Shown here piece after piece: positions 37,972 through 48,993 of a DNA stretch of 64,000 bases (its first letter is position 1; each line of letters opens with the position of its first letter). The stretch covers positions 212,699 to 276,698 of the forward strand of contig CAWCAX010000001.1 of the NCBI GenBank assembly GCA_963793635.1, written 5' to 3'. The notes under the pieces were generated by a model. The model did no database searches and was not told the origin of the DNA. It was given only the letters and a program-made list of their open reading frames with translations. Source of the DNA: an uncultured Planctomycetaceae bacterium (lineage in GTDB: Bacteria > Planctomycetota > Planctomycetia > Pirellulales > PALSA-1355). A program made the position numbers and the translations under genes.

Positions 37972-39354
37972 ATGAGCGGTGCGCTCGACCTGAAGCGGAC
38001 CTGCCCGGAGTTTCGGCGGCAACTGGGCGTGAGCCGGCGCGGGTTCGTGCAAGCCGGCATGCTGGGCGGATCCGCCTTGAGCCTGGCCGGATTGCTGCGC
38101 GCTGAAGATGCGGCGCCGGCCTCCGCGCGTCGCCGCGAGCCGGCGGTCATCATTCTCTGGATGCGGGGTGGGCCAAGCCACATCGACATGTGGGACCCCA
38201 AGCCCGATGCCCCGGTGGAATTCCGCGGAGAGTTCGGCACCGCCGCCACCAGCGTGCCGGGCATTCAATTGACCGACATGCTGCCGGCCTGCGGCCGGAT
38301 CATGGACAAGTGGTCGATCGTGCGCAGCCTGCATCACGCTGACGCCGGGCATTCGGGGGCCGATCAGATCTGTTTCACCGGCTATCCGTCAGGCCCCAGC
38401 CCCGACATCAATGTGATGCCCAGTTGCGGCTCGATCGTGGCCCGACAGTTGGGGCAGCTGAATCCCAATTTGCCGGCCTATGTAATGATTCCCAGAATGG
38501 ATCCGGGCACGGGGCCAGCCCATTTGGGTGTGGCCTACAAGCCGTTCGAGACGCTGGCCGATCCGGCCAATCCGGGTCCGTTTCGCGTGCCGAATTTTGC
38601 GCTGGCCGAAGGACTTTCGCTGGAGCGTCTGGGGAAGCGGCAAGCGCTGCGGGAAAGTTTCGACCGGGTCCGGCGCGAGGTCGACGTCAGTGGACAGATG
38701 GGCGCCATGGATCGCTTTCATCTGCAAGCCTGGGACATTCTCACGTCGCCCGCGGCGCAAGCGGCTTTTGATCTGGATGCGGAGCCGGCCGCACTGCGGG
38801 AACGATATGGGTTTGCGCCCCCTTTCGACCCGCACGACTCGCGGTCGCTGCGGCGCGCCCGCCTGGAGTCAGCGGATGCTGCTGGCAAGGCGGCTGGTCG
38901 AGGCGGGGGTACGTTTGGTGACGGTCGACTTGCGCTGGTGGGACACGCACGTCAAAGGTTTCGAGTCATTGCGGTTGGGTTTCCTGCCGCGGTTCGACCA
39001 GGCCTACTCGGCCCTGATCGAAGATCTGTCCAGCGCGGTTTGTTGGAATCGACGCTGGTGATTGCCTGGGGCGAGTTCGGCCGCACGCCGCGCGTCAACA
39101 ACGACGCCGGCCGCGACCACTATCCCAACGTGTTCAGCGCCGCGCTGGCCGGCGGCCCGATTCAGGGCGGACGGGTAGTCGGCGCCTCGGACGGGCACGG
39201 CGCGTTTCCCGCCGCCAGTCCCAAGACCCCGCAAGACGTGTTGGCCACGTTGTATCATCACTTGGGCATCAACATCGAGCAGCAGTATGTCACGCTCACC
39301 GGCAGGCCGATGGCCGTGTTGCCCAGCGGTCAGGTGCTGCAAGAACTGTTGTGA
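37972..39354 (+). CDS. DUF1501 (sulfatase-like) protein with Tat signal; two compensating frameshifts
   Basis: 'RRGFVQAGMLGGSALSLAG' and 'IILWMRGGPSHIDMWDPKPDAP' begin the protein, and 'GEFGRTPRVNNDAGRDHYPNVF' ends it. The conserved middle 'LLARRLVEAGVRLVTVDLRWWDTH...LPRFDQAYSALIEDL' is only in the alternative frame (ORF 38528..39061), between about 38850 and 39030. Confidence 0.8.
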   Translation: MSGALDLKRTCPEFRRQLGVSRRGFVQAGMLGGSALSLAGLLRAEDAAPASARRREPAVIILWMRGGPSHIDMWDPKPDAPVEFRGEFGTAATSVPGIQLTDMLPACGRIMDKWSIVRSLHHADAGHSGADQICFTGYPSGPSPDINVMPSCGSIVARQLGQLNPNLPAYVMIPRMDPGTGPAHLGVAYKPFETLADPANPGPFRVPNFALAEGLSLERLGKRQALRESFDRVRREVDVSGQMGAMDRFHLQAWDILTSPAAQAAFDLDAEPAALRERYGFAPPFDPHDSRSLRRARLESADAAGKAAGRGGGTFGDGRLALVGHARQRFRVIAVGFPAAVRPGLLGPDRRSVQRGLLESTLVIAWGEFGRTPRVNNDAGRDHYPNVFSAALAGGPIQGGRVVGASDGHGAFPAASPKTPQDVLATLYHHLGINIEQQYVTLTGRPMAVLPSGQVLQELL

Positions 39355-39419
39355 TGGGCCGGCTTGTTGCGCCCCGATCCGCACGTTGCCGTGCATTCGC
39401 TCCGCGGACTTTCTTGACG

Positions 39420-39560
39420 ACCGCCCGAGGAAACGGCAGCGACATCATCGACCTGCAAGATTTTTCCGGCCACGCCGACCCACGCACTGCGCTCACCTAC
39501 ATCCGCAACCGCAACCGGCTCAGCGACTCAACAGTCCACGTGCTGCGGTATGGTGTTTGA
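39420..39560 (+). pseudogene. tyrosine recombinase/integrase C-terminal remnant
   Basis: 'GSDIIDLQDFSGHADPRTALTYIRNRNRLSDS' resembles the integrase C-terminal box ('LGHAD..TT..Y') that contains the catalytic Tyr. No upstream integrase sequence remains. Confidence 0.5.
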
Positions 39561-39600
39561 AATCCTTGCCTGCATTCGAGCATGGTGATAGGCTAAGCGT

Positions 39601-39834
39601 ATGATAAGGCTTGAACTTAGCGAAACCGCCGCCGCTGCCCTGAGTGCGCAAGCCGCCGCGCAAGGGCTGACGGTTGAGGCATACCTTGAGAACGTCTTGC
39701 TCTCCGCGCCCTCACGTGCAGCGCCACGTTTGTCGGCGGACGAATTGGACCGGCTGCTGGATGAGGAGGTCACGACCGGCCCTTCGCCTGTCGGCCCATT
39801 CTCGCGGGCCGAGCTTTACAGCGACCATGACTGA
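39601..39834 (+). CDS. type II antitoxin (VapB-like)
   Basis: 77-aa ORF immediately upstream of, and overlapping by 1 nt, a PIN-domain gene. It contains 'AAQGLTVEAYLENVL'. Confidence 0.6.
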   Translation: MIRLELSETAAAALSAQAAAQGLTVEAYLENVLLSAPSRAAPRLSADELDRLLDEEVTTGPSPVGPFSRAELYSDHD

Positions 39835-40271
39835 TGGCCTGCCTCATCGACACGGGCGTTCTGCTGCGCGCGTTTGACGCTTCCAGTGCCGAATATCGCC
39901 TGATACGGCAAGCCCTCCGGACCCTGTGGACACGGCAAGAGCGCTTGGTTGTCGCGCTGCAAAATCTGGCTGAGTTTTGGAATGTTTCGACCAGGCCCAT
40001 CGACAAGAACGGATACGGCTTATCGGCGGAACGCGCCAGCAAGCGATTGGCTTTGATTGAGCGAATCTGCGAAGTCATCACGGAGGACGATCGCTCGTAC
40101 CGCATTTGGAAGGGCCTGCTGACTGCCCACTCCGTAACGGGCGTTGCGACCCACGACGCACGGCTCGTGTCCGTCATGCTTTCGCACGGCGTTTCAACCG
40201 TCGTCACTTTGAACGAACGCGACTTTCGCCGCTACAGCGGCATCGCCGTCTTGACGCCCGACAAAGTGTGA
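39834..40271 (+). CDS. vapC: PIN-domain ribonuclease toxin VapC
   Basis: 145-aa ORF with the 'CLIDTGVLLRAF' N-terminal acidic site and 'THDARLVSVML...VVTLNERDF', typical of PIN/VapC. Confidence 0.8.
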   Translation: MACLIDTGVLLRAFDASSAEYRLIRQALRTLWTRQERLVVALQNLAEFWNVSTRPIDKNGYGLSAERASKRLALIERICEVITEDDRSYRIWKGLLTAHSVTGVATHDARLVSVMLSHGVSTVVTLNERDFRRYSGIAVLTPDKV

Positions 40272-40531
40272 TGGGCGGAGAGCCGGAAGCGCGCTTCCGC
40301 TTGCAACGTTGCCAGAAAATTGTTGGCCTCGATATAGGCTTCATACTCGGCTCGCACAGTGGGGGATAAGTCCCCTTCGTTTGCCTTGTCCGCCAGTTCC
40401 GTCAAGCGATCGGCGAGCGCCGGATCCGCACTCAATTCCGCGAGCTGTCGCGTCTGCTCGGCGGTCAGCAACGCAAAAACCGGCGCCGTGCCGCGATGAA
40501 ACGCCTGATGTGTGTCTTCACCGAGTCCCAT
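40232..40531 (-). CDS. small hypothetical protein
   Basis: 99-aa ORF with 'LSPTVRAEYEAYIEANNFLATLQAEAR'. It is convergent with vapC and overlaps its 3' end by 40 nt. Confidence 0.4.
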   Translation of the reverse strand: MGLGEDTHQAFHRGTAPVFALLTAEQTRQLAELSADPALADRLTELADKANEGDLSPTVRAEYEAYIEANNFLATLQAEARFRLSAHHTLSGVKTAMPL

Positions 40532-40819
40532 AACCGCACGATATCAGGCCGGAATCGTAATCGCGAGGTTCAGGATCAAACCCTATTCCCGAACCTGCAA
40601 GCAGTTCTGCAACGACAGGGCAAAGGACTCGCCTCAATCGGCTCTGGCAAGAAAAACTGACCCATTTCTCACCGCCACCAAAGCGGGCCCTAACACAGCA
40701 GCGCTGTCCCCTCCAAGGCTTGAACATCTGCGGCGCTTGCTATACGGTAAACTCTTGCGGTCGCTCGTGATGCACTTCGCGTCCAGAGGGACCGCGAGCG
40801 CCAGAGTCACGCCCTCCGC

Positions 40820-43734
40820 ATGATTTTCTCGCAACCCATTTGCCGCACCCTCTTGGGCCTGGTCGCCGTGGTAAACTGCTGCGCCTCGTCCTTCATCCTT
40901 CATCCTTCATCCTTCTGCCTTCCTTTATCCATTGCCGCCGCGGCCCATTGCGCCGCAGCGCTCGGTGCCCCCCCGGACGCGCTGCCGGCGGCAAATCGCC
41001 TGCTGTGGGGCGGCAAGTATGCCGAGGCCGCCGAGGCTTATGAGAAGCTGCTGGAAAGCTCGCCCGTCGCGGCCGGCATCGGCCTGGCTCGCACCCAGGT
41101 GGCCACGGGCAATCTGGACGAAGCCGCAGCCGGCCTGCTCAAGGCTATTTCGGCCGAGCCCAAGTCGGCGGCCTTGCAAGCCGAACTGGCGCAGCTCTAT
41201 TTTTCTCGCGGCGACTACGACCAGGCCGCCCTGGCGCTGGCCAAAGCGCGCGAGCTGGACGAAGAGTCGCTGCCGGCGCAGTGGCTGGCCGCAGAGTTAG
41301 CCCGAGTCGAGGGGAACCTGGCAGCGGCCAACCAGGGCTATCAGGGAATCGTAGATTATTACAACGCGCACGACCCGACCGATCCCGACGACCTGCGCTG
41401 TGTCGGGCTGGCCGCGGCCCAGTATGCCCGCTGGAATCGGCTGAGCGAGCAGTTCAATTTTCTAGTCAACGAGCTTTATCCGGACATCCTGGAGCGCGAG
41501 AAATCCTATTGGCCGGCCCGGTACGAGTCGGGCTTGCTGTTTCTGGAAAAGTACAACCAGGCCGACGCCGCCAAAGAACTCAAGGCCGCGCTGGCTCTGA
41601 ACTCCAATGCGGCCGACGTGCATGCCGCGCTGGCCGCCTTGGCCGTGCAGGAATACGAACTGGGCGATGCCCAAACGGCGATTGATCGGGCCCTGGAAAT
41701 CAATCCCCGCTGCCTCGCTGCGCAGCTGGTGCAAGCCGACGTGCACTTGGCGAACATCGAGCTCGACAAGGCGCTCGCCGCGTTGGAATCGGCCCGCCAG
41801 CTCAACCCCCGCAACGAGCAAACGTTGGGCCGCCTGGCGGCCGTCTACTGGGCCCTCGACGGCGACCCGCAAGCCGCTCCGCAGGGCCGGCTGGCCAACT
41901 TGATCGCCGAGGTCACGTCGCGCAATGCGCATGCCGGCGAGTTTTTCGTCAGCCTGGCCGACGGGCTCGATCGGTTGCAGCGGTTTCCGGCGTCGGCGCA
42001 GAATTACGAAGCGGCCCTCGAGCGGATGCCTCAGTTGGGCGCCGCCCGCGGCAAATGGGGGCTGGTGCTGATGCGGCTGGGAAGCGAAGATCAAGCCAAA
42101 AAACTCCTGGACGACGCGTTCGAAGCCGACCCGTTCAACGTCCGCGTGAGCAATACGCTCAAGGTGCTGGAAGTGCTCGACGGCTACGAGTCGCTCCCGT
42201 CACCCCACTTTGTGGTCCGGTACGACGGCCAGCGCGACAAGATCCTGGCACGCTATGCCTCGCGCTGGCTGGAGCAGGTTTATCCGCAATTATGCAAGCA
42301 GCTCGATTTCGAGCCGCCGCAAAAGTCGCTGTTCGAGATCTTCAACCGGGCCAAGAACACCGACGGGCACGGCTGGTTCAGCGCCCGCATGGTCGGATTG
42401 CCGCACATCCACACGATCGGTGCTTGCGCGGGCAAGATGGTGGCCATGCAGTCGCCGACCGAAAAAGGGCAGCAATTCAATTGGGCCCGGGTGCTCAAGC
42501 ATGAGTTCGTGCATGTCATCAACTTGCAGCAGACCCATTTCAACATCCCGCACTGGTACACCGAAGCCCTGGCGGTGCTGAACGAGGGTTATCCGCGGCC
42601 GCAAAGCTGGGACGATCTGCTCATAGATCGGGTGCCCACGGGCAAGATTTTCAATCTCGATGACATCAATCTCGGCTTCATTCGCGCGCATTCAAGCGAA
42701 GAATGGGCGCTGGCCTATTGCCAGGCGGAGCTCTACGCCGAGTACATGCTCGAGACCTACGGCGACGACGCCCTGGCCAAGATGCTCGCCGCCTATGCCG
42801 ACAATCTGAATACGCGCGATGCGCTCGAGCGCGCCTTCCACGTGCGGCAGGCCGATTTCGAGCAGGGCTATCGTCGGCATCTGGAAAAGATCGTGGCCGG
42901 TTTGACGTCCCGCAAGAAACCCAAATCGTTCACGCTGCCCGAGTTGCATAAGGCGCTGGCCCAGGATCCGCAAAATCCGGAATTGCTGGCCCAAATGGCC
43001 CTGGCTCATCTGAATCGCCAGGGCTATCCCGAGGCCCGCCGCCTGGCCGACAAGGCGCTGGCCGCCAAAGCCGAGGCAGCAGTTGGCCAGCTTACGTCCG
43101 GGCCCGGCTGCACATGGTCGTCGGCGAGAACGACCAGGCCCACCAGTTGGCCGCGGCAGCCCTCGATCCGGCCGAGCCGCAGGAAAATCTGCTGGGACTT
43201 TTGGCCGGCTGGGAATTGGCCAGCCGAGCACTATGCCGAAGCCGCACGGCTGTACGAACTGGGGGCCAAGGCGGATCCGGGCGAGATGAAATGGACCAAG
43301 TCGCTGGCCCGCGTCTATCTCAAGGCGGACCAGAAGGATAAGCTGGCTGAGATCCTGACGCCGACTGGCCGCGATCGATCCCGACGATGCCACCGTGCGT
43401 AAAAAACTGGCCGAGCTGGCGCATGCCGCCAAGGACCACGCGGCAACGGTCCGCTGGTGCAATGAGGTCTTGCAAATCGATGTGATGGACTCCGAGAATC
43501 ATCGCTGGCTGGCCGACAGCCTGGCGGCGCTGGCCAGGCCGGCCGAAGCGGCCGACGAGTATGAAGTCGCCGTCGAGCTGAATCCCCAGGAGCCGGGTTT
43601 GCAATTCAATCTGGCCCAGGCTTATCTCGACGTCCAAGCAGCCCGAAAAAGCCCGGCAGACGCTCGAGCAACTCCTCAAGCTCGATCCCAAGTATCCCGG
43701 CGCCGACCTGCTGCTCGAAGGACTTCGGCCATGA
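40820..43734 (+). CDS. TPR-repeat protein with peptidase-MA-like HExxH domain; C-terminal part frameshifted
   Basis: TPR repeats are present throughout, with 'VLKHEFVHVINLQQTHFNIPHWYTEALA' in the middle. The frame is intact to about 43085. TPR-like sequence then continues through other frames ('HYAEAARLYELGAKADP', 'RKKLAELAHAAKDH...', 'LEQLLKLDPKYPGADLLLEGLRP') to TGA 43732-43734. Confidence 0.7.
40885..40930. repeat. 'TTCATCCTTCATCC' repeat module copy lying inside a predicted CDS N-terminus
   Basis: 'ctcgtccttcatccttcatccttcatccttctgccttcctttatcc' is translated as 'SSFILHPSSFCLPLS' in ORF 40820..43402. Confidence 0.6.
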
Positions 43735-44093
43735 CGTCGCCTGCTTCTCCCTTGCCGCCGCGCCAGCCGCCGCCCGACGGCGGCCTCGCCGCCGATTTCG
43801 CTGGCCGACTTTCAGCAATTGATCCGCAAGATGTACTTCGAAAAGGATCTCGCCCGCGGCATCGACGGCACGTTCATGTGGCTGATGGAGGAAGTCGGCG
43901 AGCTGGCGGCCGCATTGCGCAGCGGCACGCACGAGGAGCGGTTGGGCGAATTCGCCGACGTGCTGGCCTGGCTGTGCACGATCGCCAACGTGGCCGGCGT
44001 CGATCTGAGCGAGTCGATTCGCGCAAGTACGGATCGGGCTGCCCCGGCTGCGGCCACTTGGTCTGCTCGTGTGCCGACGCGGAGAAGCCATGA
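43731..44093 (+). CDS. MazG-like nucleotide pyrophosphohydrolase, two frameshifts
   Basis: 'MYFEKDLARGIDGTFMWLMEEVGELAAALR...EEFADVLAWLCTIAN' lies in ORF 43819..44346. The start (ATGA overlap at 43731) and the end ('KYGSGCPGCGHLVCSCADAEKP') are in another frame. Confidence 0.6.
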   Translation: MTSPASPLPPRQPPPDGGLAADFAGRLSAIDPQDVLRKGSRPRHRRHVHVADGGSRRAGGRIAQRHARGAVGRIRRRAGLAVHDRQRGRRRSERVDSRKYGSGCPGCGHLVCSCADAEKP

Positions 44094-46335
44094 ACCACCT
44101 CAGGCGGACAGTTCGAACGATCGCGGGCGGCTGCCGCCTGCACGGTCTGGATGTGGCCATCCTGCTATCGGTCTGCTCGCGGGCCGGGCGTGGCGGTCGA
44201 GGCTGCGCCGCGCCCAGGCCCCAGAGCCGGAAATCAGCGGCGTGCGGGCCGGTTTCGCCGGCCACTACAAGCTCGGCTGCTGGACGCCCGTCGAAGTCAT
44301 GGTGCAAGGCAGGCGCACAAGCCGGCCACCGGCCAGCTCGAACTGACCGTGCCCGACGGCGACGGCAGCCCCAGCCGCGTGATCAGCGGCCGTGACCACC
44401 CGCTGGCGCTGGCGGCGGGCCAGCCCGCTTCGCAGATGTTGTTCGTCAAATTCGGCCAGGCCGACGGCTGAGCTGCGCGTCGGTTTGACTGCGCGACGGA
44501 CAGACGCGTGGCCGAGCGGACATTCGAGCCGGGGACCGACGCGCTATCGGCCGCCATGAGCCCGGGGCAAGAACTGATCGTGATGCTCGGCCCGCCGATT
44601 CCGCTGCACGAGAAGGCCGGCCAAACCGATGACGGCGAGAGACGGATCGAAGTGGCCCGGCTGAGCGGCGTGAGCCAGTTGCCGACTCACTGGTACGGGT
44701 ACGAAGGGGTCGACCTGTTGATACTTTCGACCACTCAGCCGGACGTCTACCGTTCGCTCAGTGGAGCCCGGCTCGAGGCGCTCGAGCAATGGGTGCGCCT
44801 GGGCGGACAGATTTTGCTAAGTGTCGGCAGTCAGGCGGGCGAGATTCTGGCCGCGGAGGCCCCGCTCGCGCGGTTTGCCCCCGGCCGGTTCGAAGAGATG
44901 ATCCCGCTGCGCAGCACCAGCGGCATCGAGGCCTACGCGGAGGCCTCGGATCGGCTCGACCAGCAGGCGACGGCGGCCGGCGCGCTTTCGACTCGACGTG
45001 CCGAAGCTGACCGACGTGCGCGGACGGATCGAGGCTTACGAGGGAAACCGCCCGGCGGACTTGCCGCTGGTGATTCGCGCGCCCGTTCGGATTCGGCGAA
45101 GTGATCTTTGTGGCCCTGGATCTCGACCGGCCGCCGCTGAGCACCTGGACCGCCCGGCAGCAGTTGATCGGCAAGTTGCTGGCCCAGCCGAAGGTGGCGA
45201 TCAAAGAGGTCGGTGGCGACGTGGTCGGGCAGGTGACGCGGCTCGGCTACTCCGACCTGGCCGGCCAACTGCACAGCGCGCTCGATCAGTTTACGGGCGT
45301 GCAGTTCGTGCCGTTTTGGGCCGTCGCGGCGCTGGTGGTGCTCTACATCCTGTGTATCGGCCCGGGCGACTATTTCTTTCTGAAAAAGGTCGTGCGGCGG
45401 ATGGAGCTTACCTGGGTCACGTTTCCGCTGGTCGTGCTTGCGTTCAGCGCCGGCGCGTATGGCTTGGCCCATTGGCTCAAAGGGAGCGAGTTGCGGCTCA
45501 ATCAGGTGGACCTGGTCGACCTGGACGTCGACTCGCGGCTCGTGCGCGGCACCACTTGGTCGACGATCTACAGCCCGCAGATCGAGACCTACGATCTGTC
45601 GCTCCAGCCGCGGCCCGGGGCGATCGCCGCAACCGACAAACCCGAGGTGCTGCTTTCGTGGAGCGGCTTGCCCGGCGGCCTGGGAGGGGCCGGCGGCGCG
45701 GGCGGCACGTCGCCGTTCACCGCGGCCCTACCAGTTTTCGCCGCAACTGGATGCCATCGAGCGGTTTGCCGATCTCGATCTGGTCGACCAGGTCGCTGGT
45801 TGGCCGCTGGTCGGCGGAGGCCGCCTCGCCCCTGGCGTCGCAGTTGATCGATCGCGGCGATCGTCTGCTGTCGGGCACGCTCGAAGCGGCCGCCAGCCTG
45901 GAGCTGATGACGCGGTGATGATCTATGATCGCTGGGCCTATCCGATTCGGCACTTGCGGCCGGGCACCATCGTGGTCGACAAGCAACTGGAAGCCCAAAC
46001 CGCCGAGACCTTTCTGCGGCACATCACCGTGATCGACGAAAAAACCGCCCGCTCCCGTTACGATCGCAGCTCGACCAACGTCGACCAGATCATGGAGATG
46101 CTCTTGTTCTACGATCTGGCCGGCGGCGAGGGATATACGGGCCTCGCGCACCGGCAACAGGGCTTTGTCGACCTGAGCAACCACGTGCGGCTGGGGCAAG
46201 CGGTGCTGCTGGGCCGGGCGCCGCGCCCGCGGCCACGCTGCTGCGCGACCAGGCTGCCGCTTCAGGCCCAGAGCGGTCAGCACTGCACCTATTATCGTTT
46301 CGTGCTTCCTGTCGCGCAGGGAGAACCGCGAGTAA
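44090..46335 (+). CDS. large membrane-associated hypothetical protein, reading frame broken many times
   Basis: Protein-like segments lie in all three frames: 'YGYEGVDLLILSTTQPDVY...LEQWVRLGGQILLSVG', the TM pair 'FVPFWAVAALVVLYILCIGPGDYFFL...LTWVTFPLVVLAFSAGAYGLAHW' and 'VMIYDRWAYPIRHLRPGTIVVDK'. The end is estimated at TAA 46333-46335. Confidence 0.4.
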
Positions 46336-46421
46336 ATTCCTCCGCGGGCGTTCTTCTTTGCCAAACCAGAGGCTGCCAGGCCAGTTCTTTCCCCCATCTG
46401 CATTTTTCAGGTGAACGACGC

Positions 46422-47368
46422 GTGATTGAAACCCACGATCTGACGAAGAAATACGGCGAGCTGTTCGCCATCAAGTCGCTCGAACTGGACCTGAAGAAGG
46501 GAGACGTCTTCGGCTTCATCGGTCCCAACGGCGCCGGCAAGACGACGACGATGCGGATTCTGGCCACGCTGCTCAACCCGACCTGGGGCGAGGCCTACGT
46601 CTGCGGCTACTCGATCTACACCCAGCCGCGCGACATCCGCCGCATGATCGGCTACATGCCCGACTTCTTCGGCGTCTACGACGACATGAAGGTCATCGAG
46701 TATCTGGAGTTCTTCGCCGCCGCCTATCGCATCAAGGGGCCGGCGCGGCAGCAAGATCTGCAACGAGGTGCTCGACCTGGTCGACCTGGGCTACAAACGC
46801 GACGCCTTCGTCACCAGCCTGTCGCGCGGCATGACCCAGCGGCTGGGCCTGGCCCGCGTGCTGCTGCACGACCCGCAGGTGCTGCTGCTGGACGAGCCGG
46901 CCAGCGGGCTCGATCCCCGCGCCCGGATCGAAATCCGCGGCCTGCTCAAAGAGCTGCGCGACATGGGCAAGACGATCATGGTCTCCAGCCACATCCTGCC
47001 CGAGCTGGCCGACATCTGCAACAAGATCGGGATCATCGAACAGGGCGAGCTGCTGGTCAACGCCGACGTGGCTGAGGTGATCAAACAGGTTCGGATGCAG
47101 CGCCGCACGATTCTCAACATCAAGGTGGCCGCCGTCGACGGCAAGGGCAATGCGACCGCGGCCCGGCTGCTGGAAACGCACCCCAGCGTCGAGACGATCG
47201 ACGATCGCAGCGACGTGCTGCTGGTCACGCTGCGCACCGGAAGTCAGCGAATATAGCGACCTGGCGACGCTGCTGGTTTCCAACGGTTACCAGCTGACGT
47301 TGTTCAAAGAGGACGAGTTGAACCTGGAAACGGCCTTCATGGCGCTGACCAAGGGCATCACGTCGTAG
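46422..47368 (+). CDS. ABC transporter ATP-binding protein, two frameshifts
   Basis: Walker A 'GPNGAGKTTT', signature 'LSRGMTQRLGLA' and Walker B 'LLLDEP' are present. The start is GTG at 46422. Shifts fall near 46755 and 47245. Confidence 0.85.
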
Positions 47369-47395
47369 CGGTTTCCGATCCACGGAGGGCGTGCG

Positions 47396-48157
47396 TTGAA
47401 TCTCGAACAGCTCCGATCGACCATCGCCCCGTTGCGCCAGTCGCTGCTGGCGCATCCGCTGTATCACGATATCCGCGGACCGGCAGCGCTCCGCGTGTTC
47501 ATGCAGTATCACGTGTTTGCCGTGTGGGATTTCATGTCGCTGCTCAAGGCCTTACAAGGCGGGCTGTGCGGCACTTCGATTCCCTGGATGCCCGGCCCAT
47601 GCCCCGCCGGCAGCCGGCTGATTAACGAGATCGTCCTGGCCGAGGAAACCGATTCCGACGGCCGCGGCGGCTACGGCAGCCATTTTGAGCTGTACCGCCG
47701 GTCGATGGCCCGGTTTGGCGCCGACACGTCGCGGATTGATCGCTTTCTGGTCGAACTCAAGGCCGGCCAGCGTCTCCCGGCGGCTCTGCAAGCGGCCAAC
47801 GTGCCGCAGCCCGTCCGACGTTTTGTGAGTCACACGTTCGACACGATCGCCGGCGGCCAACTGTGCCGGATCGCCGCGGCGTTCACCTTCGGGCGCGAAG
47901 ATTTGTTGCCGCACGTGTTTCAACGGATTGTCGACGAGTTGAGCGCAACCGCCGACGGCAACCTGGAGGATTTTAGGTTCTATCTCCTGCGGCATGTCCA
48001 GCTCGACGGCGAGGAGCACGGGCCGATGGCCACGCGGCTGGTGGCCACGCTCTGTGGGACGGATGAGTCCAAATGGCAAGCCGCCGCCGAATCGGCCGCC
48101 GCCGCGCTCCAGTCGCGGCTGACATTTTGGGATGCGATTCACGCGGCGCTGAAGTGA
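47396..48157 (+). CDS. DUF3050 (heme-oxygenase-like fold) protein
   Basis: Intact 253-aa ORF with a TTG start. 'HPLYHDI...FMQYHVFAVWDFMSLLKALQ' matches my recollection of DUF3050. Confidence 0.55.
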   Translation: MNLEQLRSTIAPLRQSLLAHPLYHDIRGPAALRVFMQYHVFAVWDFMSLLKALQGGLCGTSIPWMPGPCPAGSRLINEIVLAEETDSDGRGGYGSHFELYRRSMARFGADTSRIDRFLVELKAGQRLPAALQAANVPQPVRRFVSHTFDTIAGGQLCRIAAAFTFGREDLLPHVFQRIVDELSATADGNLEDFRFYLLRHVQLDGEEHGPMATRLVATLCGTDESKWQAAAESAAAALQSRLTFWDAIHAALK

Positions 48158-48213
48158 GCTCTCGCCGCCTTGGAGCCGACTGCTAACCGACCTCGAACTC
48201 ACAGGTTTAACTC

Positions 48214-48666
48214 ATGACCACCGCGTCCGGCGATCCATTCCTGCGTGCCGCGATCGACGAAGCCAAACAGGGACTCGCCGAGGGCGGAATTCCGATTGGC
48301 TCGGTGCTGGTCATCGATGGTCAAATCGTGGGGCGTGGGCACAATCGTCGGGTCCAGCGCGGCAGTGCCATCCTGCACGCCGAGATGGACGCCATCGAAA
48401 ACGCAGGCAGGCTGAAGGCGCGTGACTATGCCAGGGCGACCCTGTACTCAACACTCTCCCCCTGCGACATGTGTTCGGGCACGGCACTGCTTTACCGCAT
48501 CCCCCGAGTTGTCATCGGAGAGAACCGCACCTTCCGCGGCCCGGAGGATTATGTCCGGTCAAGGGGCGTGCAACTCGAAGTTGTCGACGACCCCCAATGC
48601 GTTCGCCTCATGGAGGAGTTCATTCGGTCGCAGCCAGGCCTCTGGAACGAAGACATCGGCGAATAG
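48214..48666 (+). CDS. cytosine deaminase, Fcy1/CDA-fold type
   Basis: Intact 150-aa ORF collinear with yeast Fcy1: 'GGIPIGSVLV', 'GRGHNRRVQRGSAILHAEMDAIENAGRL', 'LYSTLSPCDMCSGTALLYRIPRVVIGEN' and 'WNEDIGE'. Confidence 0.85.
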   Translation: MTTASGDPFLRAAIDEAKQGLAEGGIPIGSVLVIDGQIVGRGHNRRVQRGSAILHAEMDAIENAGRLKARDYARATLYSTLSPCDMCSGTALLYRIPRVVIGENRTFRGPEDYVRSRGVQLEVVDDPQCVRLMEEFIRSQPGLWNEDIGE

Positions 48667-48689
48667 CCCGGCGGCGTTATCGGGCAGGT

Positions 48690-48893
48690 GTTCGTCCGGC
48701 CCAAGCGGATGAGGGGCTCAAGCCGATCCAAACCGTTCGGGCCGGCGACCAGGTGTGGGCGTTCGATCTGGCAAATCGCGAGTGGCGGCTCTGCCCGGTC
48801 ATCCAGGCGCTCAGCGCCGCCCATCGGGATGCATTGGTTTCGATACCTGTTGCCGGCGAAGTGATTCGCTCGACCGGGAGGAACAAAGAGCGG
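48690..48893 (+). pseudogene. Hint (Hedgehog/intein-like) domain remnant
   Basis: 'DEGLKPIQTVRAGDQVWAFDLANREWRLCPVIQALSAAHRDALVSIPVAGEVIRST' resembles the N-terminal half of polymorphic-toxin Hint domains. There is no upstream toxin/Rhs body, and it is cut off by the repeat at 48894. Confidence 0.45.
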
Positions 48894-48919
48894 AAAAAAG
48901 GGGGTCAGAACTATTTATT
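48894..48919. repeat. half-copy of the 'AAAAAAGGGGGTCAGAACTATTTATT' element
   Basis: Identical to the left arm of the palindrome at 48994-49042. Confidence 0.8.
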
Positions 48920-48993
48920 GTCCTTGCGATGGGTATAAAACCCTCGCCTTCAGGCGAAGCCTTTAGGTTCTTCACTTTGCTAAAATTTGGGAC

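Noticed and set aside
44090-47368. Membrane protein plus ABC ATPase (with MazG upstream) as a novel transport or defence operon
   Set aside because: The large protein is too fragmented by frame errors to assign domains, and no permease gene follows the ATPase in this window. The evidence is insufficient beyond gene adjacency.
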